Shown here in pieces: positions 38,846 to 50,540 of a stretch of 64,000 nucleotides of DNA. This DNA comes from Octopus vulgaris (taxonomy: Eukaryota). Location: NCBI GenBank assembly GCA_951406725.2, contig OX597820.1, positions 110,112,001-110,176,000 of the forward strand. The letters run 5' to 3'. The position numbers and the translations under genes were made by a program. The notes beneath the pieces were generated by a model. That model was not told where the DNA came from, searched no databases, and saw only the letters and a program-made list of their open reading frames with translations. How positions within the stretch are numbered: the stretch's first letter is position 1; each line of letters starts with the position of its first letter.

Positions 38846-39956
38846 TGTAGTCTGATCAATAAGTGTCCGGACTGTTGCCATAATAACAAAGCTAAAGCAT
38901 GCAGAGTGAAGCCACTTGGCACAGATTGACCTTGTACTTTGCTGTGCATGTGCACTAAGTTTTAACATTCTAGCTCACTGCCACTGTTTACAGCAGTGCT
39001 TGGAAGGAATGTGTGTAGCGTGTGATTGTTGCATTGATTTTTAGAAAGAGGAATAAGTCGCAAGGGGTGATACAGTGGCTGTCAGACCTGGAGAATGCTG
39101 TGCCTAGCCAAAAACTGCTGCACAAGCTGTGCTGAATGGGCAGGTGCATTGTCATGGTGCAATTACCATTCACCAGATGCATGCAGTTGTGGCCTTTTCT
39201 GACAAACAGCATCCCACAAATGCTGCAAATGAACAATCCCCTTGTAGTCGAAGAAAACGTTCAACAGTGTCTTTACATTACTTTGACTCATTCGTACTTT
39301 CTTCGGTCTTGGAGATGTTGGGGTCTTCCACTGCGAAGACTGAACCATTTTTCAGGGTCATAGCCATAGACCCATGATTCATCACCTGTTATGACCATTT
39401 TCAAAAAGTTTTCTTTGTTCTCGATACAATCAAGGAGATCTTGTACAATTCAAACCCAAGTGTCCTTTTGGTCAGCTGAAAATAGTTTTGGCACAAACTT
39501 GGCAGACATGTGATAATGAACTGAACTAAACCGTAACTAATCTGCACATCCTCTGATAACTCATGGATGGTAATTTGATGATTTCCTCTCACAGCTACAC
39601 ACATCTGTGATATTTTTCGCAGTTCTGCTGGTTGTGGGTATAGTTTTTTCAGCTATCTTGGAAACAGCTGAACCACTCATACACTCCTCTCCGTACACTT
39701 TCTGCAGGTATCACCAAGCTCTTGGCTAGATTTAATGCAGATTCTCTGTTCAACCAACTCTGCCGTGGTCAATGCAACGATCACACACTACACATGTTCC
39801 TTCCAAGCACTGCTATAAACCGCAGAAGTGAGCTAGAATGTTAAAACTGTGCACATGAAAAGCAGACTTCAAGGTCAGTCTGTGACAAATGACCACTCTG
39901 AATGCTTTAGCTTCATTACTATGGCAACAGTCTAGATACTCATTGATCAGATCACA
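38846..39956 (-). mobile_element. Decayed mariner with long (~190 bp) TIRs
   Basis: TA-flanked; 38846-39037 is inverted at 39770-39956; QSSQWKTPTSPRPKKVRMSQSNVKTLLNVFFDYKGIVH. Confidence 0.85.
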
Positions 39957-41287
39957 TATATTTATGTAACATTTGTATATTATACTCAAGTTAAATAAAT
40001 GTAGACCCAACAAACTGTTGAGTCGAGCTCAAATGAGCCTTGACTATAATTCTGTAACCTCGGCATGCATTAGAAATAGTTAGAAATATCGATTTATTCA
40101 ATTCTTTAATTTCCATTAGCTTTCTTAAACTTGGTTAAAATTGCATATACTTTACTCATTGTATTATAACCTTTATTTTCATATAAGTTTTATTGCATAA
40201 TAATTAATAAAATCTTTTTAACACTGTTTACTCAAGAACCTCTTCATATTCACAATTTGCTCAGCTCTCTTCTGTATATTATTATTTGAGCTCCACCCTG
40301 CATTTTGTTAAGTTAAGCATGTTTAGTGCTTGACCAATTATACAGCACAGCTCCATTGTCTCTATTTCTTTCTCTTGCTGTGATTACATTATATTATCAT
40401 ATATTATGAATTCTTGTATTCTTTATGCAAAATTAAAAAGAAAATTGTTTTTTAATTTATATATTTTTTTAAATAATAATTATAATTATGCTGACAAATG
40501 GAATACTATCAGTGATACTAAAATCACTTTTTATAATGCCAATTTTCCTTCCAAAACAGTGTTGCTTTCTTTTTGAGAAAAATTAATTGAAATAACAAGC
40601 CTAAATGATAATTATGAAGTAAAAATTATAAAATAAAAATTAAAAATCACTGGTGGCCTTTCCCCCATAAAAACCAACAATCACCTCAGCATGTATGGGG
40701 GTGAACCAGAAATTGGACTAATGATGGCAATGGAACTAGGATGATAATCTAAATAATAAATGATATAAATATAATCTTAAAAAACAAGAAATTTAAATGG
40801 AAAAATTTCCTGCTTTGGAGAAATGTTCAAACTTTAAATTTTTCTAAAAAGAAATTTGTTGTTTTACAGAAAATAGTTTAATAAAATGTCAAGCCTTCAA
40901 ATGTTAGAAACTAGAATAAAAAAAATAATAAAAATTTTAATTGGCATTTTGTTGCACTTTTTGAAATGCTCATCTCATTAAAAAACACGTCTTATTTTTA
41001 AAGGTGGGGAAATACCACTATTTCAATCCCTTTTATTAACAAATGAAGTTTAAAGATGTTTTTCTAATACATAATTTTTAAATTTTACCATTGATAAACA
41101 AAAAATATTGTTGAAACTAGTTTGGTATATATGTAAATAAATATATTTTAAACAATTACGAGTTTCTGAAATTTAGGTGCATTTTCAACAATACATCTTC
41201 CAATAATTTTTCCTGCATGGAAACACCCTCCTCTTTTGTTATATATATATGTATATACATATATATATATGTATATATATATGTATC

Positions 41288-41332
<45 letters not shown>

Positions 41333-41402
41333 GTATATATGTATATATACCCACACACACACATATATATATACATATACACACACACGCACATATATGT
41401 AC

Positions 41403-41433
<31 letters not shown>

Positions 41434-41452
41434 TATACACACATATATATAT

Positions 41453-41501
<49 letters not shown>

Positions 41502-41531
41502 TATACACACACATATATATATACACATATA

Positions 41532-41970
41532 CAGTGGGGGGAAATAAATATTCGTACATGTCAAAATTCTTTATTTATTTAATTTCTAATGAAAATAAAT
41601 GGGATATACCAATACTATATTTGCATACACATGCATAAACTAAGAATATGCAAAAGAAACTTATAAATTATAGTAACTAAGGAATTTATATTCAATTATA
41701 AATATTTAGGGGTGAAAAAAGTATTTGTACAGAACATAAATAACTGATAAGTCTGATTTAATACTTCGTAGAATAACCATTGTTCAGTTCTACTTCAACC
41801 AATCTCTTTTTGTAGTTCTTAATCAATGTCTCACATGTTTCTTTAGGAATTTTTTCCCATTCTTCTTGACAAATTTTCTTCAAATCTGCAATGCATGTTG
41901 GGGCTCTTGAATGAATTTTAATTTTCTAATAATGCCATAAATTTTCAATGGGTTTCAAGTCAGGTGGATT
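41532..41970 (-). mobile_element. Tc1-like transposon terminal fragment
   Basis: TA|CAGTGGGGGGAAATAAATATT end with an internal direct repeat at ~41708; minus strand PDLKPIENLW..CQEEWEKIP..LIKNYKKRL..NGYSTKY. Confidence 0.8.
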
Positions 41971-42270
41971 ACTATTTATTTATAAATAAATAAAACAAAG
42001 GGAGCGAAGGGAAGTAACTCGAGATTAATTATCTCCAGAACCATATTAAATAGTTAACCCCAAATTCACTAATCAATAAATAGATTAGTTAATTAGTTAA
42101 CCAATCAATCAAACAATTAAACCGATCAATTGGTTATATAATTTGGTATACATACCCATGTACATAAATACATAAACATACACACGTACATATACATACG
42201 TACATGCATCCACACATACATATATACACATATGCATTTACATATACATACATATATGTATGTATATATA

Positions 42271-42317
<47 letters not shown>

Positions 42318-42592
42318 TCACTTTAGTTAACAAATCAATCAAACAATTAATCCGATCATTGGTTATATAATTTGGTATACACATTACATTCCTTAATCAT
42401 ATACATATCTATGTACATAAATACATAAACATACATGTGTACATATACATACATACATGCATCCACACATACATACATATGCACACATATACATACATAT
42501 ATATATAAACACACACATACACATATATATATATACATATACATATATATATATACATACACACACACATATATATATACCCACTTATATAT

Positions 42593-45500
42593 GATGGCTG
42601 CCCCCTTGTTATTGAGTATGGCCATTGCACAAAGCTTAACTGTTATTGGTGCTTTGATCGAATGTGACTTTTTAGCCCAGCTAAAGATCTACAATGTCTT
42701 GTACAGAATTGGCAGCTAAAACCTTTACTGGTAATAGCCGGCTGTAGTTATAACTGGGCTTCATGTACCTTTGCATGTCGAATTGCACTCTCTTCCATAT
42801 GCCTGACAGATATGATTAGTATGGTGTGTAACACTACCACCAGTGGCCAGGTTGTCACTCATCTGTCTCACTTTATGACTACGAAGATGACTCTTGAGTC
42901 CAGCTTTACTGAGGCAGGGTTTTGCACAGACACTGCATGTCAGCAACATAGGATGACTTTTCCTATCTGGAAGTGTAACAGCGATGCCCTTCCTAACATC
43001 CTTCTTTACTTTTTCATGCGCAACTCGAGATTTTTCAAAAGTAGCTGTCCCCTCGTGCACAATCCTTCTCCACCTGCTACGATCAATAGCTATGCCTTCC
43101 CATGTGTCAGGAGAGATTCAAGCATCTCATAAGGAAGCCTTCAGCAAGTCCTTATACCTTTTTTTGGTTTATGTGGAGGCCGTTCTCCTTTAGCTAACTC
43201 TCCATAAAAGAGTTCCTTTGGCATCCTTGAATCCTTCATCCTGACCAGAACACCACTCCATCTGAGCCTTTGCTTTAACACAAGAGCTTCTATACTTTTG
43301 CACCGAGAGCCTTCCAATATGTCAAGATCACTGATGCAGTCCCCCCACTTATTGCCATAGATCCGTCTGAGACACATCTGATGGAAACGTTCCAGTTGTT
43401 TAACACTTTCGTTACCAAACCGCCCGAAAAAATTTTGGTTAATGTGACCAAACCGCCCAAAGCCGCCCGAATTTACCTATTCATATTTAAATGAGAATAT
43501 CAGAGCAAATCTCTTTAGTACATTCGTGAAAATACGTATTATACTTCGTAAAGAGTTCAACTACAGTTTTGTACAAAAATCGAAGTGTAATTTTAATTCC
43601 GTGAATTTTGGGAGATTTTTTTTTCCGAAATTTGTTCCTATTGTGTTTTCAAAATTTGTAATTCTGACTAAAAATGGATACGAATTTCATTATATCAAGC
43701 AGCGAGTCAGAATTCGAAGGATTTTCTACTGAAGACCTTCATAAATCTAACTCTATGACTGAAAAAAGAAAAGCATGTGGTATTTGATAATGAATCCGAT
43801 GTTTCATTTTCCGAAAGTGTAAACAGTGAATCCGAGAGCTCCGACAGCAATAAAGAAAATGAATTGGCACCTGAATGGAGTGAAAATTTCTTTCGGTGAT
43901 TTTTCTGAAGAAACTGGACCAAGCCACAGACTTTCCCAGAAGAGTAAAGCCTTAGACTATTTCTTTTTACTTTTTCAAATGAGCCTAATCATTACTAATC
44001 ATTACGGTGGAAACAAACCGTTACGCTAAACGTAAACAAAACGAAAGAAAGGATAGTTAGTGTATTCCCACAACCTTAAATGAAATTAAGACTATTTTGC
44101 CATAAATATTATTATGGGTATCAGAAAGTTACCCAGAATAACAAATTCTATCGTAAAATTTTGTTGTATACCCAATTGAATATTAGCTAATAACCCATTT
44201 TCTATAGTGATGTTTGAACAAAATTTTAATAATTTTATATTTTGTTGAATTTACCTGTATCTACCTGCAATTAGAGTCACTTTGTGACAAAAATTATAGT
44301 ATAGAATTGGTTGAGAACATTTCATTAAATTATCTTCCAAAATTCATGTTAATATATTGATAAATAAAAAAGTTATAGTTGTTTAATGAAACCAGACTAA
44401 ATTTATGATTATGTTAGAAATTAATTGAAACACATAAGGGGTGTATTTTGGTCAGAAATATAGTAACGAAAGGGTTAAGGTGGTATCAATACATGACCCA
44501 CATCTCGCAGGCATAGAGAAAAGAAGGGAACACACATGCCTTGTACACCTTTATCTTTGTCTTTCTGCATTTGTTTCGCCGACTTCAGAGGCGCCTTTCT
44601 AGCCTTCCGAAAGCAACACTTGCTTTCCTAATTTTATATGGAATTTCATCATCCAAAGTGCTACATCTATTAACAGTGCTTCCCAGGTAGATAAACTGAT
44701 TGACTACATCAAGTCGTTTACCATACACATAGATATTTGGTACACTATACTGCTTACCAGGGGCAGGTTGGTACATGACAACAGTTTTCTTGAGATTGAC
44801 TGTCAATCCTAGAGCAGTGCAAGCATCAGAGAATGCATTCAAAATGTGTTGCATATCAATCTCTGTGTGTGCTACTAGCTCACAATCATCTGCATACAAA
44901 AGGTCTCTTATGATAGAGGTAAATTGCTTTGTTTTTGCAGCAAAGCGCCTGATATTAAATATGCTGCCAGAGGTTCGATAATGGATGTAAACACCATATC
45001 TGCAGTTTCTGAATGCAATACAGAAAACCATAAAATATATGGCAAACAGGGTCGGTGCCAGAATACCCCTGTTTCACTCCATTATATATTGAAATGGGCT
45101 CCGACATTTTCCCTCTAACATTCACCCTACCATTCATGTCTCCATGAAAAGACCTAACCAAAGCAAGGAACTTTTCAAGACACCCAAGTTTCTGGAGGAC
45201 TTTCCACAATGCTTTTCTATTAACGGTATCAAAGTCAGATCAACAAAAACCTGATACAAATCCAGACCCTGTTCCACACACTTCTCCTGAAGCTGTCTAG
45301 CTGAAAAGATCATATCAGCAGTGCCATGTCCCACATGAAAGCCAGATTAACTTTCTGGAAGAACATTATCTGCAGCATGATTCAGCAGACAATCCAGAAG
45401 TACCCTACATAAAACCTTTCCTACAACAGAAATCAATGATATTCCCCTATACTTACCACAATCATTCCTGTTGCCCTTTCCCTTATACAGGACCACCATT

Positions 45501-46015
45501 ACTGTATCTCTCCAGTCCTCAGGTACATATTCACTAGTCCATATCTTACCAAATAAAGAGTGAAGTTGCTGCAGAAGTTTCTCACCACCATGCTGTAACA
45601 ACTCCACATATATGCCATCCGTACCCAGAGACTTTCCATTATTCATCCTTGAGACAGCCATTGCAACTTCTTCCAACTCTGGTGGTTCTGCGAGTGCTGC
45701 ATTCACAGGTAATCCAGGTATGAGATTACTAACTACAGACTGCTGATTCAAAAGTTCATCAAAGTGTTCTTGCCACCTTGGCAAAATTCCTTGTGAATCA
45801 CGAAGAAGTTCTTTACCATCCCTGCTTCGAAGTGGTGTCATCAGGGAAGATGTCGGTCCATAAACTTCTCGCAAGAGACCATACAACAGCTTTGTGTGAT
45901 TGGAATCCGATGCCACCTGTATCTTATCAGCCCTCTTACTCCACCATGTATCCCTCATCTGAGAGAGCCTTTGCCTCACATGTGATTTTACATCCTTGAG
46001 TTCCCTATGTAACCC
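42593..46015 (-). mobile_element. BovB-like RTE LINE, 5'-truncated and split by a piggyBac element
   Basis: YRGISLISVVGKV, DMIFSARQLQEKC, LLYADD, RLRWSG..SRMPKELFYGEL; C-terminal C2H2 finger CSVCAKPCLSKAGLKSHLRSH. Confidence 0.9.
43404..44474 (+). mobile_element. Non-autonomous piggyBac element
   Basis: TTAA TSD (43400-43403, 44475-44478); TIRs CACTTTCGTTAC / GTAACGAAAGGG; PGBD-like remnant EETGP..ALDYFFLLF..VETNRYA..IIMGIRKLP. Confidence 0.9.
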
Positions 46016-46030
46016 ACTTATATATACATA

Positions 46031-46415
46031 CTAGCAGTATCGCCCGGCGTTGCTCAGGTTTGTAAGGGAAATAACTATAAAGCATTTTTAGAGAGTTATA
46101 GCCAAAAAATAGCAAAAAAATGGAAAAAAAATGATGGTAATTTTTTTTTGAGGGATAAAAAAGGTGGAGTTGCGTCCCCTAGACGGTCTGTGGTTTGGGT
46201 TTCAGATTCTCGACCCCATGTCGAATTTATCGATCTTTTTCAGAACTGGGGGAACTTTTCAAAATTTTCGCTGCGTTAGTTTTGAATTATGACATTGGGT
46301 TATGTGTGTATCAAGTTTCATCAGAATCGGTTGAAAGCCGTGGTCAGAGTGAGGGTACGAGAAAACAGACACACAGAAACACGCACAGACAAACTGCCGT
46401 TTATATAGAGAGAGA
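46031..46415 (-). mobile_element. Complete non-autonomous Helitron (385 bp)
   Basis: Minus strand A|TC...subterminal hairpin (CCTGAGCAACGCCGGG)...CTAG|T, inserted at AT with no TSD. Confidence 0.85.
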
Positions 46416-46742
46416 TATACATACATCCATACAAATACAAACACATACATATCCACCTACATATATATCCTCATACACATAATTATCAACATAAAACAAG
46501 AACCAAAACATATACATGTTTATCTTAACCTATATGCATACATATATAACACATAATTGCTTGCACAAATATATGTAGGCATATATAGGCTTAAATACAT
46601 ACCTAGTTAGGCCTTCATACATGTGAATGCACATACAAAAAACATACATATATACAAGTGTCAACAATTATACAAATATATACATTGATATATAAATACA
46701 ATACATAAATAGTGTCTATAGTAATAAATATTCACATATTTA

Positions 46743-46787
<45 letters not shown>

Positions 46788-46859
46788 GTGCTATTAAGTT
46801 AGACATGGCCTGGGCCAATAATGGCCGAAACCTATCAAAGTATATATATATATATATAT

Positions 46860-48139
46860 TTGGGTTGGCCAAAAAGTCCGTTGGTTTTTTTTTTAGGTGA
46901 AAATCAAAACAAAGTAAACAATTGTGAAAAATGTATTTAATCAATACAATAGTTACCATTTGCTTCTATAACCTTTTGCCACCTGTTGGGTAGATCTTTA
47001 ATCCCCTGTTCAAAGAATTTAGGTTCTTTATTAGCAAAAATGTTTCCAAGAAAGTTTTCACAACTTCATCAGAATTAAAATTTTTTCCATTCAATGAATT
47101 TTGCAGTGATCGAAACAGATGGAAATCTGATGGGGCCAGATCTGGAGAGTACGGAAGGTGAGGCAAAACTTCCCACTCAAACTGCTGCAACTTCTGCTGA
47201 GTAATCAAAGGAGTGTGTGGCCTTGCGTTGTCATGGTGAAAAACGCCTTTGCGATTCACCAGTTCTGGCCGTTTTTGATGAAGAACCATGTTTAATTTAT
47301 CCAGTTGTGCACAATAAACCTCTGAAATGATGGTTTTATTCAAGGGAAGAAGTTCCAAAAAAGACAACACCCTTCCAATCCCACCATATCGATAACAGAA
47401 CTTTCTTTGGGTGAAGACCTGCTTTGGGTGTTCGTTTTGGAGAATCCCCTGCTTTTTTCCATGATCTTCATTTCACACCATTGTAAACTACCCGCTTTTC
47501 ATCTCCAGTAACAATTCTTCTCAAAAAGGGTTTGTTGTTTTCCCTTTTTAGTAATGAATCGTAAATGGAAACCCTCTGGACAAGATTTGCTTCTGTCAAT
47601 TTATGGGGAACCCAAACATCAAGTTTAGAAACGTAACCAAGTTTATGCAATTCATTTTCCACACTTGTTTTGGATATGTTAAGAATATCTGTGATTTGTC
47701 TGGTCATAAGACTGCAGTCTTGTTTGACTACAGCTCTCAGTTGGTCGATGTCAATTTTTTTTCGCCGGCCAGTGCAAGGTGCATCTCTTACTGAAAAATT
47801 CCCTGATTGAAATTGAGCAAACCATTTCTGGCACACCCATTCTGAAACAGCATTTCTCCATACACATTGCATAACTTTCGGCAAGTTTCTGTTGCTTTCT
47901 TTCTTTCTCTGAAGTAAAAAAGCATAAGATGCCGATAGTGCTCCGCCCGGTCTTCCATGCCTAGGCTCAAATGCAATCAAACAAGTTGCAATCTCTCTCC
48001 TTTGAGGCTTGTTACACACTGATGCAACCTTGGTCGTTATACCGAATACAGTTTCTAAAGAAAAAGAATATCAGAACAGTGATTAGAAGACTGGACAGTT
48101 GATACTAAAAAAAACGAACGGACTTTTTGGCCAACCCAA
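46860..48139 (-). mobile_element. Full-length mariner (1.28 kb), transposase frameshifted
   Basis: TIRs TTGGGTTGGCCAAAAAGTCCGTT / AACGGACTTTTTGGCCAACCCAA in a TA context; WVPHKL, IVTGDEK, HDNARPH, YSPDLAPSDFHLF. Confidence 0.95.
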
Positions 48140-48238
48140 TATATATCTAATTACACCTAACTTAATATATACCCCTATATAAATATAATATATATACATA
48201 CATATACATATACACACACATACACATATATATACATA

Positions 48239-49719
48239 TCATCATCATCATCATCATCATCGTTTAACGTCCGTTTTCCGCGCTAGCATGGGTTGGACGG
48301 TTTGACCGGGGTCTGGGGAGCAGGGACTGCCCCAGGCTCCAGTCTGATCTGGCAGTTTTTTTCTACAGCTGGATGCCCTTCCTAACGCCAACCACTCCGC
48401 GAGTGTAGTGGGTGCTTTTTACGTGCCACCTGCACAGGTGCCAGAGGGGTCTGGCATCGGCCACGATCGGTTATTGCCTTTTTTCGTTGCATTGCGGCAG
48501 GGGGGAGGGTTCCGGCAGAGAGGAGAGAGGGAGAGGGAGAGAGAGTGGTGGGGGGTGCATGTAATATAGGGGAGCACCAGTGGGGAAGGTTTGGGGTAAA
48601 GAGAAACGATGACAGGTAGGGTTGGTGGCAGGTTCTAGACAGAATGAAAAGTAGGAAGTAAAACGTAGGATATCAAGAGTGGGGGAGGGGGCTGGAAGGA
48701 GATAGCCGGTTGAGGCAGTGACACGAGGCAGTGACACATTTCAAAACAGGAGGAACATAAGATAACAGGTTAAGTGGGATGTTTGATGAGCTGCAGCGCT
48801 AGCTGCTTCTGTCCAGGGGGAGAGAGGCAGGGGTAAAATACATAATGAGAAAGTATATTGAGGAGGAGGGGTAGGAGGAACAGACACACGTAGTGGTGGC
48901 GGTGGTAGAGGGGATATCCGGTGAGGATGGTGTAAACAGAGTGTTCTCCGGTATGGGTGGTGGGGGTGGGAGGGCGGGCGAACCGCGAACGAATGGCGGG
49001 CTGCGAAGATTTTGATTGGGGACAGTAGACTTAAAACAATCGGGGTTTGAAGAAATGAACAGAGTAACGAACAAATTAACTTGGTACCGAGGGGATAAAC
49101 AAATTAAAGGGTTATATTTTAAGAGCAAGCAGAATTAGTGAATAGATTCGAACATTTAAGGGTTAGCAGCAAATGTATGTGTGTAGTACAAGAGTCAGGA
49201 AGAGATGAAATGAGAATTCTTAGCTTGCTTGCTATGATCATCGCTGTGTGGTCAAGAAGGGGTGAATGAAAGATAAGCACACGAGGTGATTATTTATATA
49301 GGTTCACCGGAAGTGGGTTGGAAAGACGGAAGTTTTGATTGAAAGTAATGGCGGAGGACGAACGAAATATCTTCATACCGAGGCATTTAAAAAAAATTTT
49401 TAAGAATTTAAACCGCGAACGAATGGCGAGCTGCGAAGATTTTGATTGGGGACAGTAGACTTAAAACAATCGAGGTTTGAATAAATGAACAGAGTAACGA
49501 ACAAATTAACTTGGTACCGAGGGGATAAACAAATTAAAGGGTTATATTTTAAGAACAAGCAGAATTAGTGAATAGATTCGAACATTTAAGGGTTAGCAGC
49601 AAATGTATGTGTGTAGTACAAGAGTCAGGAAGAGATGAAATGAGAATTCTTAGCTTGCTTGCTATGATCATCGCTGTGTGGTCAAGAAGGGGTGAATGAA
49701 AGATAAGCACACGAGGTGA

Positions 49720-49730
<11 letters not shown>
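48239..49730 (-). mobile_element. Non-coding RTE derivative: 5'UTR-like region joined directly to the RTE 3' end
   Basis: 48239-48470 is the RTE 3'UTR with (ATC)n tail; 48700-49000 resembles the reverse complement of the RTE 5'UTR at ~31310-31560; no ORF. Confidence 0.65.
48981..49730. repeat. Near-identical 320-bp direct repeat (period 430 bp)
   Basis: 48981-49300 and 49411-49730. Confidence 0.9.
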
Positions 49731-49788
<58 letters not shown>

Positions 49789-49899
49789 CATATACACACA
49801 CATACATACACATTCACACACATATACATACACATCTGCATAATCATCACAATTTAACTAATATAATATATTATAGTAATAATCGTTCACTCTAAATAA

Positions 49900-50530
49900 T
49901 TACAGATAATTCAGTAGGGGTAAATTTAATAGTATGTTCTATTTGTATTTGGAGAAAGTACACCCAATTTTATGAAGACAGGAAACATTACATTCCTTAA
50001 AATTGTTAATAAGCAGAATTTTAGCCCTAATTAGAAAGAAAATTTCATTAATGCATAATAAACATTTTTTATTTTTATTGTTGTATGCTGGTGCTGATAT
50101 TAATATTTTCCATTATAAATTATAATTGATTTTCTTATCTTTAAGTTCCCATATATAGGTACTTAACCCTGTAGAATTTCTCCTATTTCTGTTCCTAAAG
50201 GTGTAGCTGTGATAATTAAATCTGTTTCATATTGTTTTTCATTGCACTGATATAAACTTTACTATCATATTGTGTACTTACTATACATTGATATACTACC
50301 TCCTTTCTAATGCAACCATTATTAAATACACAATTATTACTTATTCTACAATTACACTTTCTACATTGTTGTACAGGGTTTATGTTATTGGGGTTAACAG
50401 TCAATATATCATTACTATTTCTCTGGTTATTGTCTATCTGAATAATATTATTAATGCTTATACTATTATGATCATTACTATTAGTATTATTCTTGTTATT
50501 TCGACTTGCATTGTTACTGTTGTTGTTATT
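49900..50530 (-). mobile_element. Penelope-like GIY-YIG C-terminus; 3' half of the element at 56040-58870
   Basis: CRKCNCRISNNCVFNNGCIRKEVVYQCIV..KVYISAM, followed by STGLSTYIWELK and KCLLCINE. Confidence 0.8.
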
Positions 50531-50540
50531 ATTATTATTA

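Noticed and set aside
40340-41235. AT-rich stretch that may be a DNA-transposon remnant
   Set aside because: No paired TIRs, TSD or coding motif could be established
41148-41638. Stacked ORFs rich in Y/I/H/T/C/V (also 13722-14190, 42126-42719, 60659-61417, 63165-63577)
   Set aside because: Translations of (TA)n/(CA)n microsatellites, not genes
46785-46840. GGCCAATAATGGCC-GAAAC hairpin between (TA)n tracts, resembling hammerhead stem II
   Set aside because: No CUGANGA core or stem I; too short to support
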